Source: Desulfomonilia bacterium (lineage in GTDB: Bacteria > Desulfobacterota > Desulfomonilia > UBA1062). From it: a stretch of 64,000 bases of DNA. The DNA is taken from contig CAXXDQ010000008.1 in NCBI GenBank assembly GCA_963664325.2, positions 192,001 through 256,000 of the forward strand. The letters are read 5' to 3'. Below, one piece after another: positions 29,161 through 38,534 of this stretch. How positions within the stretch are numbered: the stretch's first letter is position 1; each line of letters opens with the position of its first letter. The notes beneath the pieces were generated by a model, which did no database searches, had not been told where the DNA came from, and was given only the letters and a program-made list of their open reading frames with translations. The translations under genes and the position numbers were made by a program.

Positions 29161-29800
29161 ATGTTTATCCTGGCAGGCGTCTTTGCAACATCCTTTGTCA
29201 TTGCACTTTCCGGCGCACTTATGCCCGGACCGCTCTTTGCCGTTACCGTTACGTCAAGTGCAAAAAGGGGTGTTATGGCCGGGCCCGTACTCATCCTCGG
29301 GCATGCAATCCTTGAGTTCGTCATGATGCTGGCCCTCCTTTACGGCCTTGCACCGCTGCTGAAAAAAGATGCTGTCTTTGCCGGCATAGCACTCTCGGGT
29401 GCAGCCGTACTCCTGTGGATGGGCTACGGTATGATAAGATCCGCTGCCGGGCCTCAGCGTCAACTGGGATGAGCTGCGCACCGGTGAGCAGGGGAGTCTT
29501 GTTCTGCAAGGCATTGTGATGAGCATGTCCAATCCGTACTGGGCGATATGGTGGGCCACGATCGGGCTCGGGTATATCCTTTACTGCAGAACGCTCGGGC
29601 TCCCCGGGATAGCTGTTTTCTTTGCAGGTCATATAATGGGCGACCTCGTATGGTACTCGCTCGTGGCATTCATCGTTGCGAAAGGCAGGCATCTGCTTAC
29701 TGCAGGCGTGTACCGGCGTCTGATAGGAGCCTGTGCCGCTTTTATTGTTTGTTTTGCATTCTATTTTTTATATTCCGGGATAAAGAGGCTGGTGGGATAG
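29161..29800 (+). CDS. LysE-family exporter; +1 frameshift near 29440-29452
   Basis: SGALMPGP..GHAILE in the first frame; SNPYWAIWWATIG..GHIMGD in the second. Confidence 0.8.
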
Positions 29801-29927
29801 GATATAAAACTGCATTTTGAAGTATGGTTCATGACAAATTTAACGGGCCGTTTAAAATATATTATCAGGATTTTATCTGGTTTTGTTTGTTTGAAGCCTT
29901 ATTATTATAAAAAAGGAGGAGACATTT

Positions 29928-30395
29928 ATGGAAGACAAGAGACTGAAAGATTATTTGGATATAGCCATTCAAAGGGAAATAGAGGCATTTGAATTCTATT
30001 CTGAACTCGCTAAAAAAGTTGTTGATCTCCAGGCCAGAGATGCACTGGCACTTCTGGCCGGCGAGGAGAAAAAGCACAGGGCCTTTCTGGAAGATTACCT
30101 TAACGGCAGGGTTGCTGCCGGAAGCCTGAGGATGAGCCACGCTGTGGATTACAGGATTGCAGAATATATGGAAAAACCTTCGACAGGTTCTGAAATTAAA
30201 AGCAGCGATGCATATCTGCTGGCAGCGCACAGGGAAAAGGCGTCACATGACTTTTACAAGGCCTTGGCCGACATTCATCCGGACGGACCCGTGAAAGACA
30301 TGCTTCTCCTGATGGCCTCGGAAGAGATGAAGCACAAAGAAAAGGTGGAATACCTCTATTCCAACACTGCTTTTCCGCAAACCGACGGCGGATGA
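29928..30395 (+). CDS. Ferritin-like/rubrerythrin-family di-iron protein
   Basis: REIEAFEFY..EEKKH and REKASHDFY..EEMKH. Confidence 0.88.
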   Translation: MEDKRLKDYLDIAIQREIEAFEFYSELAKKVVDLQARDALALLAGEEKKHRAFLEDYLNGRVAAGSLRMSHAVDYRIAEYMEKPSTGSEIKSSDAYLLAAHREKASHDFYKALADIHPDGPVKDMLLLMASEEMKHKEKVEYLYSNTAFPQTDGG

Positions 30396-30926
30396 TCTCA
30401 GTTTGTTCCATTTGGAAAGCTCATACGAAAGATAAAAGAAGTACATGTGAATGGCGACAAGTGAACTCCGGAAAAGTTGCGTTTTTATAGAATGTACCTG
30501 TATCGATTTTCTTCGGGTATGGGTAAAGTGAAAAGTATGTGATTTAAGATTATTTCAAAGTAAATGAATCCATGGTATATGAGGTTTATAAATAAGCCTG
30601 TTATCTAAAATACTGGTATCCCGGGAGACATATAAATTCTCAGAGTATGTCCGGTCTGACCTTCAGCCTGCCCGATATTATTTGGATATAATAAAAGATA
30701 TTATAATCAACATATTGTGACTCTTTCCTCCGTTTTTTATAAGACAGGCATTTAACAATCTGTTATACTTTGATAAGCTGTAATCCCAAATATGGATGCT
30801 TGGCCGTTACTGGGAAAATGGCTTAAAATACCAACGTCTTGCAAAGGAGTATGATTACGGCTTCTTTAGCTGTATTTGAAAGTATATGAAGTGTACTCCG
30901 GTGTGGATTGGGTCAGGGAGATTGCA

Positions 30927-32549
30927 ATGCCAAAGTGTGTGGCGCTAGTTTCGCTCTTCAACTATGACAATTACGGCCTCAGGTTGTTGATGGCCAAGCT
31001 CGAGAGTAAAGACATACCGGTTACCTTCATTGCCTTCAAACGTCTGACTCAAAAGAGCACCAAAACACTGAAGAACGATCTTACCGAGGCATATGACTGC
31101 CAGAGTGAAGTCCAGGAGAATGAGTTTGAACTTCTTATGTCCGAACTGATGCAGCTCAAACCGGCATTGATCGGAATCAGCCTTCAATCCGCACATGTAC
31201 ATCTGGCCAAACGCATCACCGCTATGATCAAAGAAAAACTGGCAGTACCTGTAATATGGGGCGGGGCGCATCCCACTATCGATCCAGAGGGTTGCCTTGA
31301 GCATGCGGATATGGTGTGCCTGGGTGAAGGAATAGAGGCGCTCCCCGAACTTGCCGGGCGGATACTGAAAAATGAACCCTATAATGACACTGCCAATATC
31401 TGGCTTCGGAACGGAGAGGGGATCATCCGTAATCCGATGCGCGATCCGCTTGAAAATCTCGATGACATGCCATTGCCCGCATATGGTCAAAAAAACAAGA
31501 TATACATCGATGAAGGCAGGCTGCAGCAGGGAAACAGCATCGATTACATCGGATTCGGCCTGCTGGAGGATCCTTACCGCACCATTCACCAGACCATGAC
31601 CGCACTGGGGTGTCCCATGCAATGTTCTTTCTGCATCCACGGACTCAGGCTGGAAAAATACAGGCGCCGAAGCGTTGATAACGTTATCCGGGAGCTTAAA
31701 GAGGTCAAGCAGAATAATCCCTATCTGAAAATGATCTTTTTCTGGGACAATGTCTTCCATGTAGATAAAAAGTGGTGTCTGGAGTTTGCTGAGCGTTACA
31801 AAGCAGAGATTGACTTGCCGTTCTATGCCTATACGCATCCTCTTGCGGCCGACAGGGAGGTTTTTACCTCATTACGCAAAGCCGGATGGGTTTTTACCGT
31901 CATGGGTTTTCAGAGCGGGTGTGAGCAAACCCGCCGGGATGTCTACAACCGCCGCGAAACAAATGCCCAGATAATATCCTCCGCCCGAGAGCTTAACAGG
32001 TTGCGCGATATTCCATATCATGGAAAATCATATTTCAAGATATATTATGACGTGATTATAAACAATCCGCTTGAAGGTGAGGAGTCCTTTGCGGAAAGTC
32101 TGGAACTTATGCTGGCGCTTCCCAAGGGTTTCGTACTCAACGCCTTCCATCTCACATTCTTTCCAAACTATCTTATCACAAAGGATTTTTTGTCCCGCGG
32201 ACTCATCAGCGGTCAGGATATAGAAGGGGCTACTGATTCATCCAAGAGTCTGGATTGGATCGTAACCTTCAACAAGGACGTGCAGGATGGCCCCATGCAG
32301 CTTCATATGTATCATTATCTTCTCTTCTCACTTGCGCAGTTCAGGATATTCCCGAACTCTCTGATAAGGCTTATTGCAAGACGAAAATGGTTCTATAACC
32401 ATATGATGCGTCTATATCAGCTGTGCAGCATCGTCCGTCTGGTCGATCTTGCAATATGGCCGCAGAACTATCAATGGGCATGGGAAGTCCTGACTATTTT
32501 GCCGGTTTCTTTACGAATAAGGAGGCGCTGTCTTGTACGACTCTCATGA
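30927..32549 (+). CDS. Cobalamin-binding-domain radical SAM enzyme
   Basis: LIGISL, IWGGAHPT, GEG (B12 domain); GCPMQCSFC; RSVDNVIREL; MGFQSG; start at 30927 after GGGAG. Confidence 0.88.
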   Translation: MPKCVALVSLFNYDNYGLRLLMAKLESKDIPVTFIAFKRLTQKSTKTLKNDLTEAYDCQSEVQENEFELLMSELMQLKPALIGISLQSAHVHLAKRITAMIKEKLAVPVIWGGAHPTIDPEGCLEHADMVCLGEGIEALPELAGRILKNEPYNDTANIWLRNGEGIIRNPMRDPLENLDDMPLPAYGQKNKIYIDEGRLQQGNSIDYIGFGLLEDPYRTIHQTMTALGCPMQCSFCIHGLRLEKYRRRSVDNVIRELKEVKQNNPYLKMIFFWDNVFHVDKKWCLEFAERYKAEIDLPFYAYTHPLAADREVFTSLRKAGWVFTVMGFQSGCEQTRRDVYNRRETNAQIISSARELNRLRDIPYHGKSYFKIYYDVIINNPLEGEESFAESLELMLALPKGFVLNAFHLTFFPNYLITKDFLSRGLISGQDIEGATDSSKSLDWIVTFNKDVQDGPMQLHMYHYLLFSLAQFRIFPNSLIRLIARRKWFYNHMMRLYQLCSIVRLVDLAIWPQNYQWAWEVLTILPVSLRIRRRCLVRLS

Positions 32550-33660
32550 AAACATTCTTAAAGCGAACATTCCCCCGGGTAAAGCAGAAACAGGGCCTTC
32601 CTGTTCCGACGGCTTTAAAGTAATCGAACAGCGTCAATTCGGTGCAATGAGGATGGAGGTTTTAAAAGGTGCCCTGTCGAACCCTACAGGCTCAAGACTG
32701 CCGGACATGAGCAGGGCCATTCAGACACTCAAGTTCATGCACTTCGTTTTAGCGGAAAAATGGTGTGTGCCCGGTACATCCGATCCCTCAACGATCATGG
32801 AAGGGCTTAAGCGCATGGGCCTTACTCTTGATGCTATCGGGACGGAATCTCTTGAGAACTATATTGACGGTGTAGGCTATTTCGAGCCGGAAGTCGATAC
32901 GGATGAACAACAACACCATGTCAACATATGGTTTAATAATATGCTGACGACAACCATTAGGCTGCGCCCGTTAATTCTACCGGCCGATGCTGAACGGCAT
33001 AAGGGAAACGCCCTTGCCATACTCGAGAATATCCGTGGCAGCCTGTGCCTGTCGGGACCCTTTGCGGGAAACCTCAGAAATCTTAAAGACGATCAGGCAA
33101 AATATCTCCTGAACTGCGTACTTAACGGGCAGGTGGTGGAACTAACCAGTCTGGCTACTATTTTTGCAGCAGCAAGGGCCTGGCGCGACAAACTCCTAAA
33201 TCCGGCTGACGAATCCCATGCAAGGGAGAGCTGCCACAGGACAAAACAGCTCCTTTCGGGATATTTTAAATCAAGCTGGTCTTTCTATCTGCTTCAATAT
33301 GTGTTTGCACTGGTTGCAATCGAGACTTACCGTCTGGGAGGGAAAGTCTGTATAGGACCAATCGATAACAGCCAGATGGATATGTATATAGCAGCCCTGG
33401 GGAACGATTTTATTCCCAGACCCGACATCAACCTGCACAGTATCCTTGATGATCCCGATCATCAGCCCCTCGTCCTGGCCAAAGGACCGATGAACAGTTC
33501 CCTGCTCGAATTCATTCGTATCGATGACCGTGTCGTTGACATTAAATCCCGGCCTGATCCGGGCACAATGGCCGTTTTATGTTTTCCTGTTCACGCCCGG
33601 GCTCTGGCCAATGCCATATATTGTCTGGACCGTATGGAGCACGCTCTGAAAAACAGCTGA
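32533..33660 (+). CDS. Hypothetical protein overlapping the radical SAM gene
   Basis: 375-aa ORF, GGAGG RBS before TTG, 17-nt overlap; no family recognised. Confidence 0.7.
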   Translation: MYDSHENILKANIPPGKAETGPSCSDGFKVIEQRQFGAMRMEVLKGALSNPTGSRLPDMSRAIQTLKFMHFVLAEKWCVPGTSDPSTIMEGLKRMGLTLDAIGTESLENYIDGVGYFEPEVDTDEQQHHVNIWFNNMLTTTIRLRPLILPADAERHKGNALAILENIRGSLCLSGPFAGNLRNLKDDQAKYLLNCVLNGQVVELTSLATIFAAARAWRDKLLNPADESHARESCHRTKQLLSGYFKSSWSFYLLQYVFALVAIETYRLGGKVCIGPIDNSQMDMYIAALGNDFIPRPDINLHSILDDPDHQPLVLAKGPMNSSLLEFIRIDDRVVDIKSRPDPGTMAVLCFPVHARALANAIYCLDRMEHALKNS

Positions 33661-33778
33661 CCTCGAAAGATTGCAGTCATCATCAGTCAGGTTTAAGAGG
33701 TGATAACAGATTGTTCGTTATTAAATATGCCTTAAACTAAATACGGATATTCATTTTTGATAAGAGCTGTAATTACTA

Positions 33779-35062
33779 TTAGAATACGGTAAAATAGCCT
33801 TTATTCGCCGTCTTTAAGTCGTTCCAGAGTGCGTCTGTCTTTGATTCTTCAGGGCCGAGAGGATGGATAAGCATGGCCTGCTTGATAAGGTTTTCATTTT
33901 TTGCAAGATGACCTTCTATTGTCAGGCGTTCATAGTTTTTGATTGTGCTGATAAGGCCGATGGTCGGTTTTGCGGCCTTGCCGAGCGGGATGGCGACCGG
34001 GCCTGATGAAGTCAGTTTTGCAGGGATTTCCATTATATAATCATCAGGGAAATCTTCGATCGTGCCGTTATTGCGCGTATTGATTATATGTGTACGGCCG
34101 TCGTTCGTGACGATGCTCCTGATAAGTTCCGTTGCCACTGTCGAATACATGAAGCCGCCGCGCTTTGACAGCTCTTCAGGCGGTTTGGTTCGTCCGGGCT
34201 GTGAATAGAGCACGAGCAGTTCTTCTTCTATTTTGAGTATCTGTTGCCCCCTGGTGCCTTTTGATGACCTGTCCTTAATCTGGCTTTTGAGCATCTGTGA
34301 GGTGTTGTAGTAATAACGCAGATAGGGGTTGGGCAGCATCTTTAGCATGGGGATGAAATTTTCGCCGTATTCAAGGTCAGGTATGTTCTTCATGTTCACT
34401 CGGATGTTTTCCATAACCTCTTTGGTCCTGTCCTTACCGGAAACGAAAATCCTGTCCACCCAGGCTAGGTGATTAAGGCCATAATAGCGCAGAAGCAGTT
34501 CGTTTTCCGGGCAATTCAGCGCTATGCACGCCTGCAATATAAATTCGACAGGACAATTGCACAGACCGACACATTTCTCATAGCCAAGGAAATTGACAAT
34601 AAACTCGGTCATCATGCCCGAGGGATTGGTAAAATTAATAATCCAGGCATTGTTCGAGAGTTTTCTGGCAAGGTCTGTATATTTTTCCATTACTGGCATT
34701 GCCCTGAGCCCGTTGGCCATACCCCCCATGCCGGTTGTTTCCTGACCCGGAAGCCCGTATTCAAGAGGGATCTTTTCGTCATTTATGCGTCCCTGCATGC
34801 AGCCTGCACGGAACTGGTTGATTACGAAGTCGGCGCCCGTAACCGCTTCTTCTGCATTGTATGTTGATGAAAAGCGCGCCGTGCTTCCCGCAGCCTTCAG
34901 AATCCTTGAGGAAAATTCAGAAAGGATCTCGAACTTGTGCGCGCTTTCGGGAATATCCAGAAGACATATTTCGGTTACATCTGCCACTTCGGTAATCTTG
35001 ATCAGGCCTTCAATAAGCTCCGGCGTATATGTGCTGCCGCCGCCGATTATACATACCTTCAT
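33779..35062 (-). CDS. GH4 glycoside hydrolase (6-phospho-beta-glucosidase type, NAD+/metal dependent)
   Basis: IIGGGSTYTP, GQETTGMGG, NFTNP, GLCN, GLNH, RGG..YS. Confidence 0.92.
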   Translation of the reverse strand: MKVCIIGGGSTYTPELIEGLIKITEVADVTEICLLDIPESAHKFEILSEFSSRILKAAGSTARFSSTYNAEEAVTGADFVINQFRAGCMQGRINDEKIPLEYGLPGQETTGMGGMANGLRAMPVMEKYTDLARKLSNNAWIINFTNPSGMMTEFIVNFLGYEKCVGLCNCPVEFILQACIALNCPENELLLRYYGLNHLAWVDRIFVSGKDRTKEVMENIRVNMKNIPDLEYGENFIPMLKMLPNPYLRYYYNTSQMLKSQIKDRSSKGTRGQQILKIEEELLVLYSQPGRTKPPEELSKRGGFMYSTVATELIRSIVTNDGRTHIINTRNNGTIEDFPDDYIMEIPAKLTSSGPVAIPLGKAAKPTIGLISTIKNYERLTIEGHLAKNENLIKQAMLIHPLGPEESKTDALWNDLKTANKGYFTVF

Positions 35063-36039
35063 GAGCTTTCCTTTTTAATGTATGTCTTTATCATGCGGTC
35101 GCTGATTTTCCTGGTCAGTATATGGCCGCTCTTTTCATATGCGTGGAACACGGCGCCCAGGACCGGGTCCCATTCTGGGACGACTATCTTAATTCTGTTT
35201 TTGTACTTCTGGTTAAGGCAAAGTTCGAGCATGTTCATAAAGGGCTGGTACTTCTGCTTGAAAACCGAACCGTCGAGCACAAGCTTGAAATTTTCGCCGG
35301 GCTTGAACAGGCCTCGGTGAAATTCATCAACTATGTGCAGGGTTTCCCTGACCAGCATCCATGTAATTTCGAGCGCCACACCGTCGCCCATGCGCGCCGC
35401 CTCGAAAAATATCTCGACCACCTTCTGTATGTTTTCCGGGAACAGAGGGACATTCTTTATGTCTTCAACCTCTTTTAAACAGAAAGCCCCGGTGATAAGC
35501 CTGCTGATAACGGTCGGACAGGCCCTGCCGTCCTCACCACGGATTGCGGCACGGCATACGAACATGGCGATGTTTACTGCGCCCAATGTGTCGCCGGTAT
35601 GGAATGAAAGCCCCCCGATGCGCTTCAGATCGCCTTTTGCATTCATTGCAAAATTGGTATTCGATGTGCCGTTGGTTACCAGCATGCCCACACCGTCGAT
35701 CGTACCGCTCTTGAGAGCTATATATCCGTCATTTTCAAAATCGAACGGGATGTTCGGAGTGACTTTCTTGTATACCTTGCGCAGCAGCTTGAAATCATCT
35801 GCGGTATCTGCGCCCGCGGCCCCGTAATAGATATATTTAATCTGCTCAAGTTTAATTCCAGCAGCATTCAGAACCTTGCCGATCCCTTCGGTAATTGCAG
35901 CCCCGGCGCCGTCTGGACCAAGGTTTTCATGGCTAGCGCCCACATCATAGACCGTAGCAACGATATTGCCTTCAGTGTCGGCAAGGGCGTATTGAGTTTT
36001 CGTATTCCCGATGTCCACTCCGAGAAGATACTGTTTCAT
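35059..36039 (-). CDS. BadF/BadG/BcrA/BcrD-type sugar kinase (GlcNAc-kinase-like)
   Basis: LGVDIGNTKT, GAAGAD, END, GTSNTN, GG..GD. Confidence 0.85.
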   Translation of the reverse strand: MKQYLLGVDIGNTKTQYALADTEGNIVATVYDVGASHENLGPDGAGAAITEGIGKVLNAAGIKLEQIKYIYYGAAGADTADDFKLLRKVYKKVTPNIPFDFENDGYIALKSGTIDGVGMLVTNGTSNTNFAMNAKGDLKRIGGLSFHTGDTLGAVNIAMFVCRAAIRGEDGRACPTVISRLITGAFCLKEVEDIKNVPLFPENIQKVVEIFFEAARMGDGVALEITWMLVRETLHIVDEFHRGLFKPGENFKLVLDGSVFKQKYQPFMNMLELCLNQKYKNRIKIVVPEWDPVLGAVFHAYEKSGHILTRKISDRMIKTYIKKESS

Positions 36040-37056
36040 TTAATCTCCATCCTGAAGATTTATTGCCCGGCCTGTCTCTGATGATTTGTAGCCGGCATCA
36101 ACTATGTTCATGATGGTTGTGCCTTCTGAGAGTCCGGGGAAAGGCGTTTTGCGGTTTCTTATGCAATCGATGAAATGTGTCATCTGGGTCGTGTAAATAC
36201 TCTGATCGCAATGCTCCAGCCTCGGCGGAAGCTCGGGTTTGAATTCGCCGAAAAGGAAGCCGTTTCTGAACTTGAGCTCGGTGGGGAACAGGCTCGCATA
36301 ACCCTCGCTGCCGTAAAGCCTTGTACCGGCTTCAGGCCCGTCCATATGAGGCTGCCACCAGCCGCTTTCGATGATTGATGTCACGCCGTTATCCCAGGTG
36401 ATCATCAGTATGCCGGTATCATCCACGTCGTAGTCTCCAAGATAAGTCCCTATTTTTGCATAGACCTGAACAGGCTTCGGGTCACCGAGTATATAACGGA
36501 CAGTGTCGATTGCATGAACGCCCATGTCGGCCAGCGCTCCTCCGCCAGCCAGTTTTTTCTGGCTGAACCAGCCGGCAGGGCCCCAGTTGACATGGATGCC
36601 GTAGCCTTTTGTCTTGAATATTTTGCCGATTTTGCCTGACTGGACTATATCCTTTATGTAGTTGACCTCAAGGTCGAAGCGCCACATATGGCCTACCATG
36701 ACAAGCTTTTTTGTCTTCTTTGAAACCTTTACTACTTCTTCCGCTTCGATAGTGTTGATTGCCAGAGGCTTTTCTACAAACACATCCTTGCCGTTTTTCA
36801 GACATTCAAGCGTGAAGGGTGCATGGAACCTGTTCGGGGTGGCTATCACAACGGCGTCGATGACGCTGCTTTTTGCTATTTTCATGGCATCATCGGTGAT
36901 ATCCTTTATCCCGTAAGTACCGGCAAACGCCTTTGCATTATCAAGGGGCAGGGCGCAGACAGACGCAAGCTCGACACCGGCGATCGCTTTAAGCCCGCGT
37001 GCATGGTAATGTGAAATAAAACCCGCTCCGATAAAACCCACTTTTATTCTTTTCAT
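36040..37056 (-). CDS. Gfo/Idh/MocA NAD(P)-dependent dehydrogenase
   Basis: GFIGAGFI, IATPNRFH, VEKP, GGGALADMGVHAID. Confidence 0.92.
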   Translation of the reverse strand: MKRIKVGFIGAGFISHYHARGLKAIAGVELASVCALPLDNAKAFAGTYGIKDITDDAMKIAKSSVIDAVVIATPNRFHAPFTLECLKNGKDVFVEKPLAINTIEAEEVVKVSKKTKKLVMVGHMWRFDLEVNYIKDIVQSGKIGKIFKTKGYGIHVNWGPAGWFSQKKLAGGGALADMGVHAIDTVRYILGDPKPVQVYAKIGTYLGDYDVDDTGILMITWDNGVTSIIESGWWQPHMDGPEAGTRLYGSEGYASLFPTELKFRNGFLFGEFKPELPPRLEHCDQSIYTTQMTHFIDCIRNRKTPFPGLSEGTTIMNIVDAGYKSSETGRAINLQDGD

Positions 37057-37068
37057 ATCCGGCCTGCC

Positions 37069-38358
37069 TTAAGGTAGCGTTATGGCTGCATATTCATCCG
37101 CTGCCATCTGCACTTTATTTATTGCCGCTGCAATATCATCCATATCGGTCCCGGGTCCCATCAGTATCTTGTGATGGAAGGTAACGGCCGTCTCATTGAA
37201 AAGCTTTTCACAGACAGGAAGGCTGAATCTTGACGGATCTATGGCTTTCCAGTGCCTCTCGCTGATTTTATAGCGCCTCTTGGTATGAGGCCTGTAGAGC
37301 GTGCAGTCGTTGAGCGGCTGATAGCAGTCATCCACAACGCAGCCGAGTTCGCCCATCAGCGCCCAGCGGAATTTTTCCAGAGACAGGCCGTTAAATGCAT
37401 TCCTGTCATAGGTGAAGCCGAAATTGAAATAGGACTGCAGATCTATGCGGTCATCGCGCTTCTGGGGGACAATGCCGGGGATGTCTTTAAGCAGCGTGAT
37501 GAGATATTTATAGTTTTCATCGCGCCTTCTCGTCTGAGCCGGGAGCCTTTTAAGCTGGCATAAGAGGACTGCGGCCTGGAAATCGCTCAGGCGGTAGTTA
37601 CCCGATTGTATGAAGTCGCCCTCAAGCGTGTAGGTACCCGAACCCTTGTCGTCTATCGTGTGGGTCCCTTCGGGCCTTCTGCCGCAATTGCGCAGTGCAT
37701 CGAGCTTTGCCCAGAGCATGTCGTCATCTGTAGTCAGCGCACCGCCTTCGCCGGCCGTCATGACCTTGCTGAGCTGCATGCTGAAGCTGCCTATGTCTCC
37801 TATTGTTCCGGCTTTTTTGCCGCGCCAGACAGAACCGTGCTGATGCGCGCAGTCTTCGATAACTCTCAAACCGTGCTTTTTTGCTATCGCCATGATGGCG
37901 TCCATGTCAGCCATGCACCCGTAAAGATGAACCGGCATGATGGCCTTTGTGCGCTTGTTGATTGCAGCCTCGGCAGCTTTGGGGTTTATGCACCAAGAAT
38001 CGGGCTCCACATCGACCAGTATGGGGACTGCATTGACATCAAGGACAGCCGCGGCCGTTGCCTGCCAGGTCAGGCCGGGCACGATCACCTCGTCCCCGAA
38101 ACCGATATCGCATGCTTCCAGCGCCAGCTGCAGGGTAATGGTGCCGTTGGCTATAGCCAGTGCATACTTGCTGCCGTTGAACCGGGCAAATTCCTCGATG
38201 AAAGCCCTTTCCTTGGGGCCCATGTAGGACCAGACGCCGCTCTCAAGTACTTCGATAAGGCCTTTTTTTTCATCTTCGTCCCATACCGGCCAGTCCGGCC
38301 ATGGCTTCTTTTGAACATCCCGAACCGGAGCTCCTCCGTTGACTGCAAGTATACCCAT
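37069..38358 (-). CDS. DegT/DnrJ/EryC1/StrS PLP aminotransferase, BtrR/StsC/RifK-like
   Basis: WPDWP, VPGLTWQATAAAVLDVNA, VHLYG, EDCAHQHG, SFSMQLSKVMTAGEGG, IQSGNYRLSDFQAA, LYRPHTKRRY. Confidence 0.9.
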   Translation of the reverse strand: MGILAVNGGAPVRDVQKKPWPDWPVWDEDEKKGLIEVLESGVWSYMGPKERAFIEEFARFNGSKYALAIANGTITLQLALEACDIGFGDEVIVPGLTWQATAAAVLDVNAVPILVDVEPDSWCINPKAAEAAINKRTKAIMPVHLYGCMADMDAIMAIAKKHGLRVIEDCAHQHGSVWRGKKAGTIGDIGSFSMQLSKVMTAGEGGALTTDDDMLWAKLDALRNCGRRPEGTHTIDDKGSGTYTLEGDFIQSGNYRLSDFQAAVLLCQLKRLPAQTRRRDENYKYLITLLKDIPGIVPQKRDDRIDLQSYFNFGFTYDRNAFNGLSLEKFRWALMGELGCVVDDCYQPLNDCTLYRPHTKRRYKISERHWKAIDPSRFSLPVCEKLFNETAVTFHHKILMGPGTDMDDIAAAINKVQMAADEYAAITLP

Positions 38359-38483
38359 GTTTCATGCCCCCTGATATGCTTATTATATATTGAATACTGG
38401 AATTCTCAGAATATTACCGATGAGGATTAAAAGTCAATATTTGCATGAAAGAAAAGAAATCGAAAATATTTGATGAATCAAAA

Positions 38484-38514
38484 GAAAAAAGGCGGCATCC
38501 AGCCGCCTTTTTTC
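38484..38514. terminator. Bidirectional intrinsic terminator
   Basis: GAAAAAAGGCGGC-ATCCA-GCCGCCTTTTTTC perfect stem, 20 nt after the stop at 38535 on the minus strand. Confidence 0.85.
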
Positions 38515-38534
38515 AAGGCAGTCATTCTGCGATT

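Noticed and set aside
16830-29460. Programmed frameshifting or Sec read-through at the split genes
   Set aside because: No slippery heptamers at the junctions, mixed directions, and the coding continuation is in another frame rather than past an in-frame TGA.
30945-31838. 297-aa minus-strand ORF
   Set aside because: Fully antisense to the radical SAM gene.
33779-38358. Complete AHBA (rifamycin-type) or 2-deoxystreptamine antibiotic cluster
   Set aside because: No aminoDAHP synthase, DOI synthase, PKS, glycosyltransferase or resistance gene in the window.
37606-38430. 274-aa plus-strand ORF
   Set aside because: Antisense shadow of the aminotransferase.
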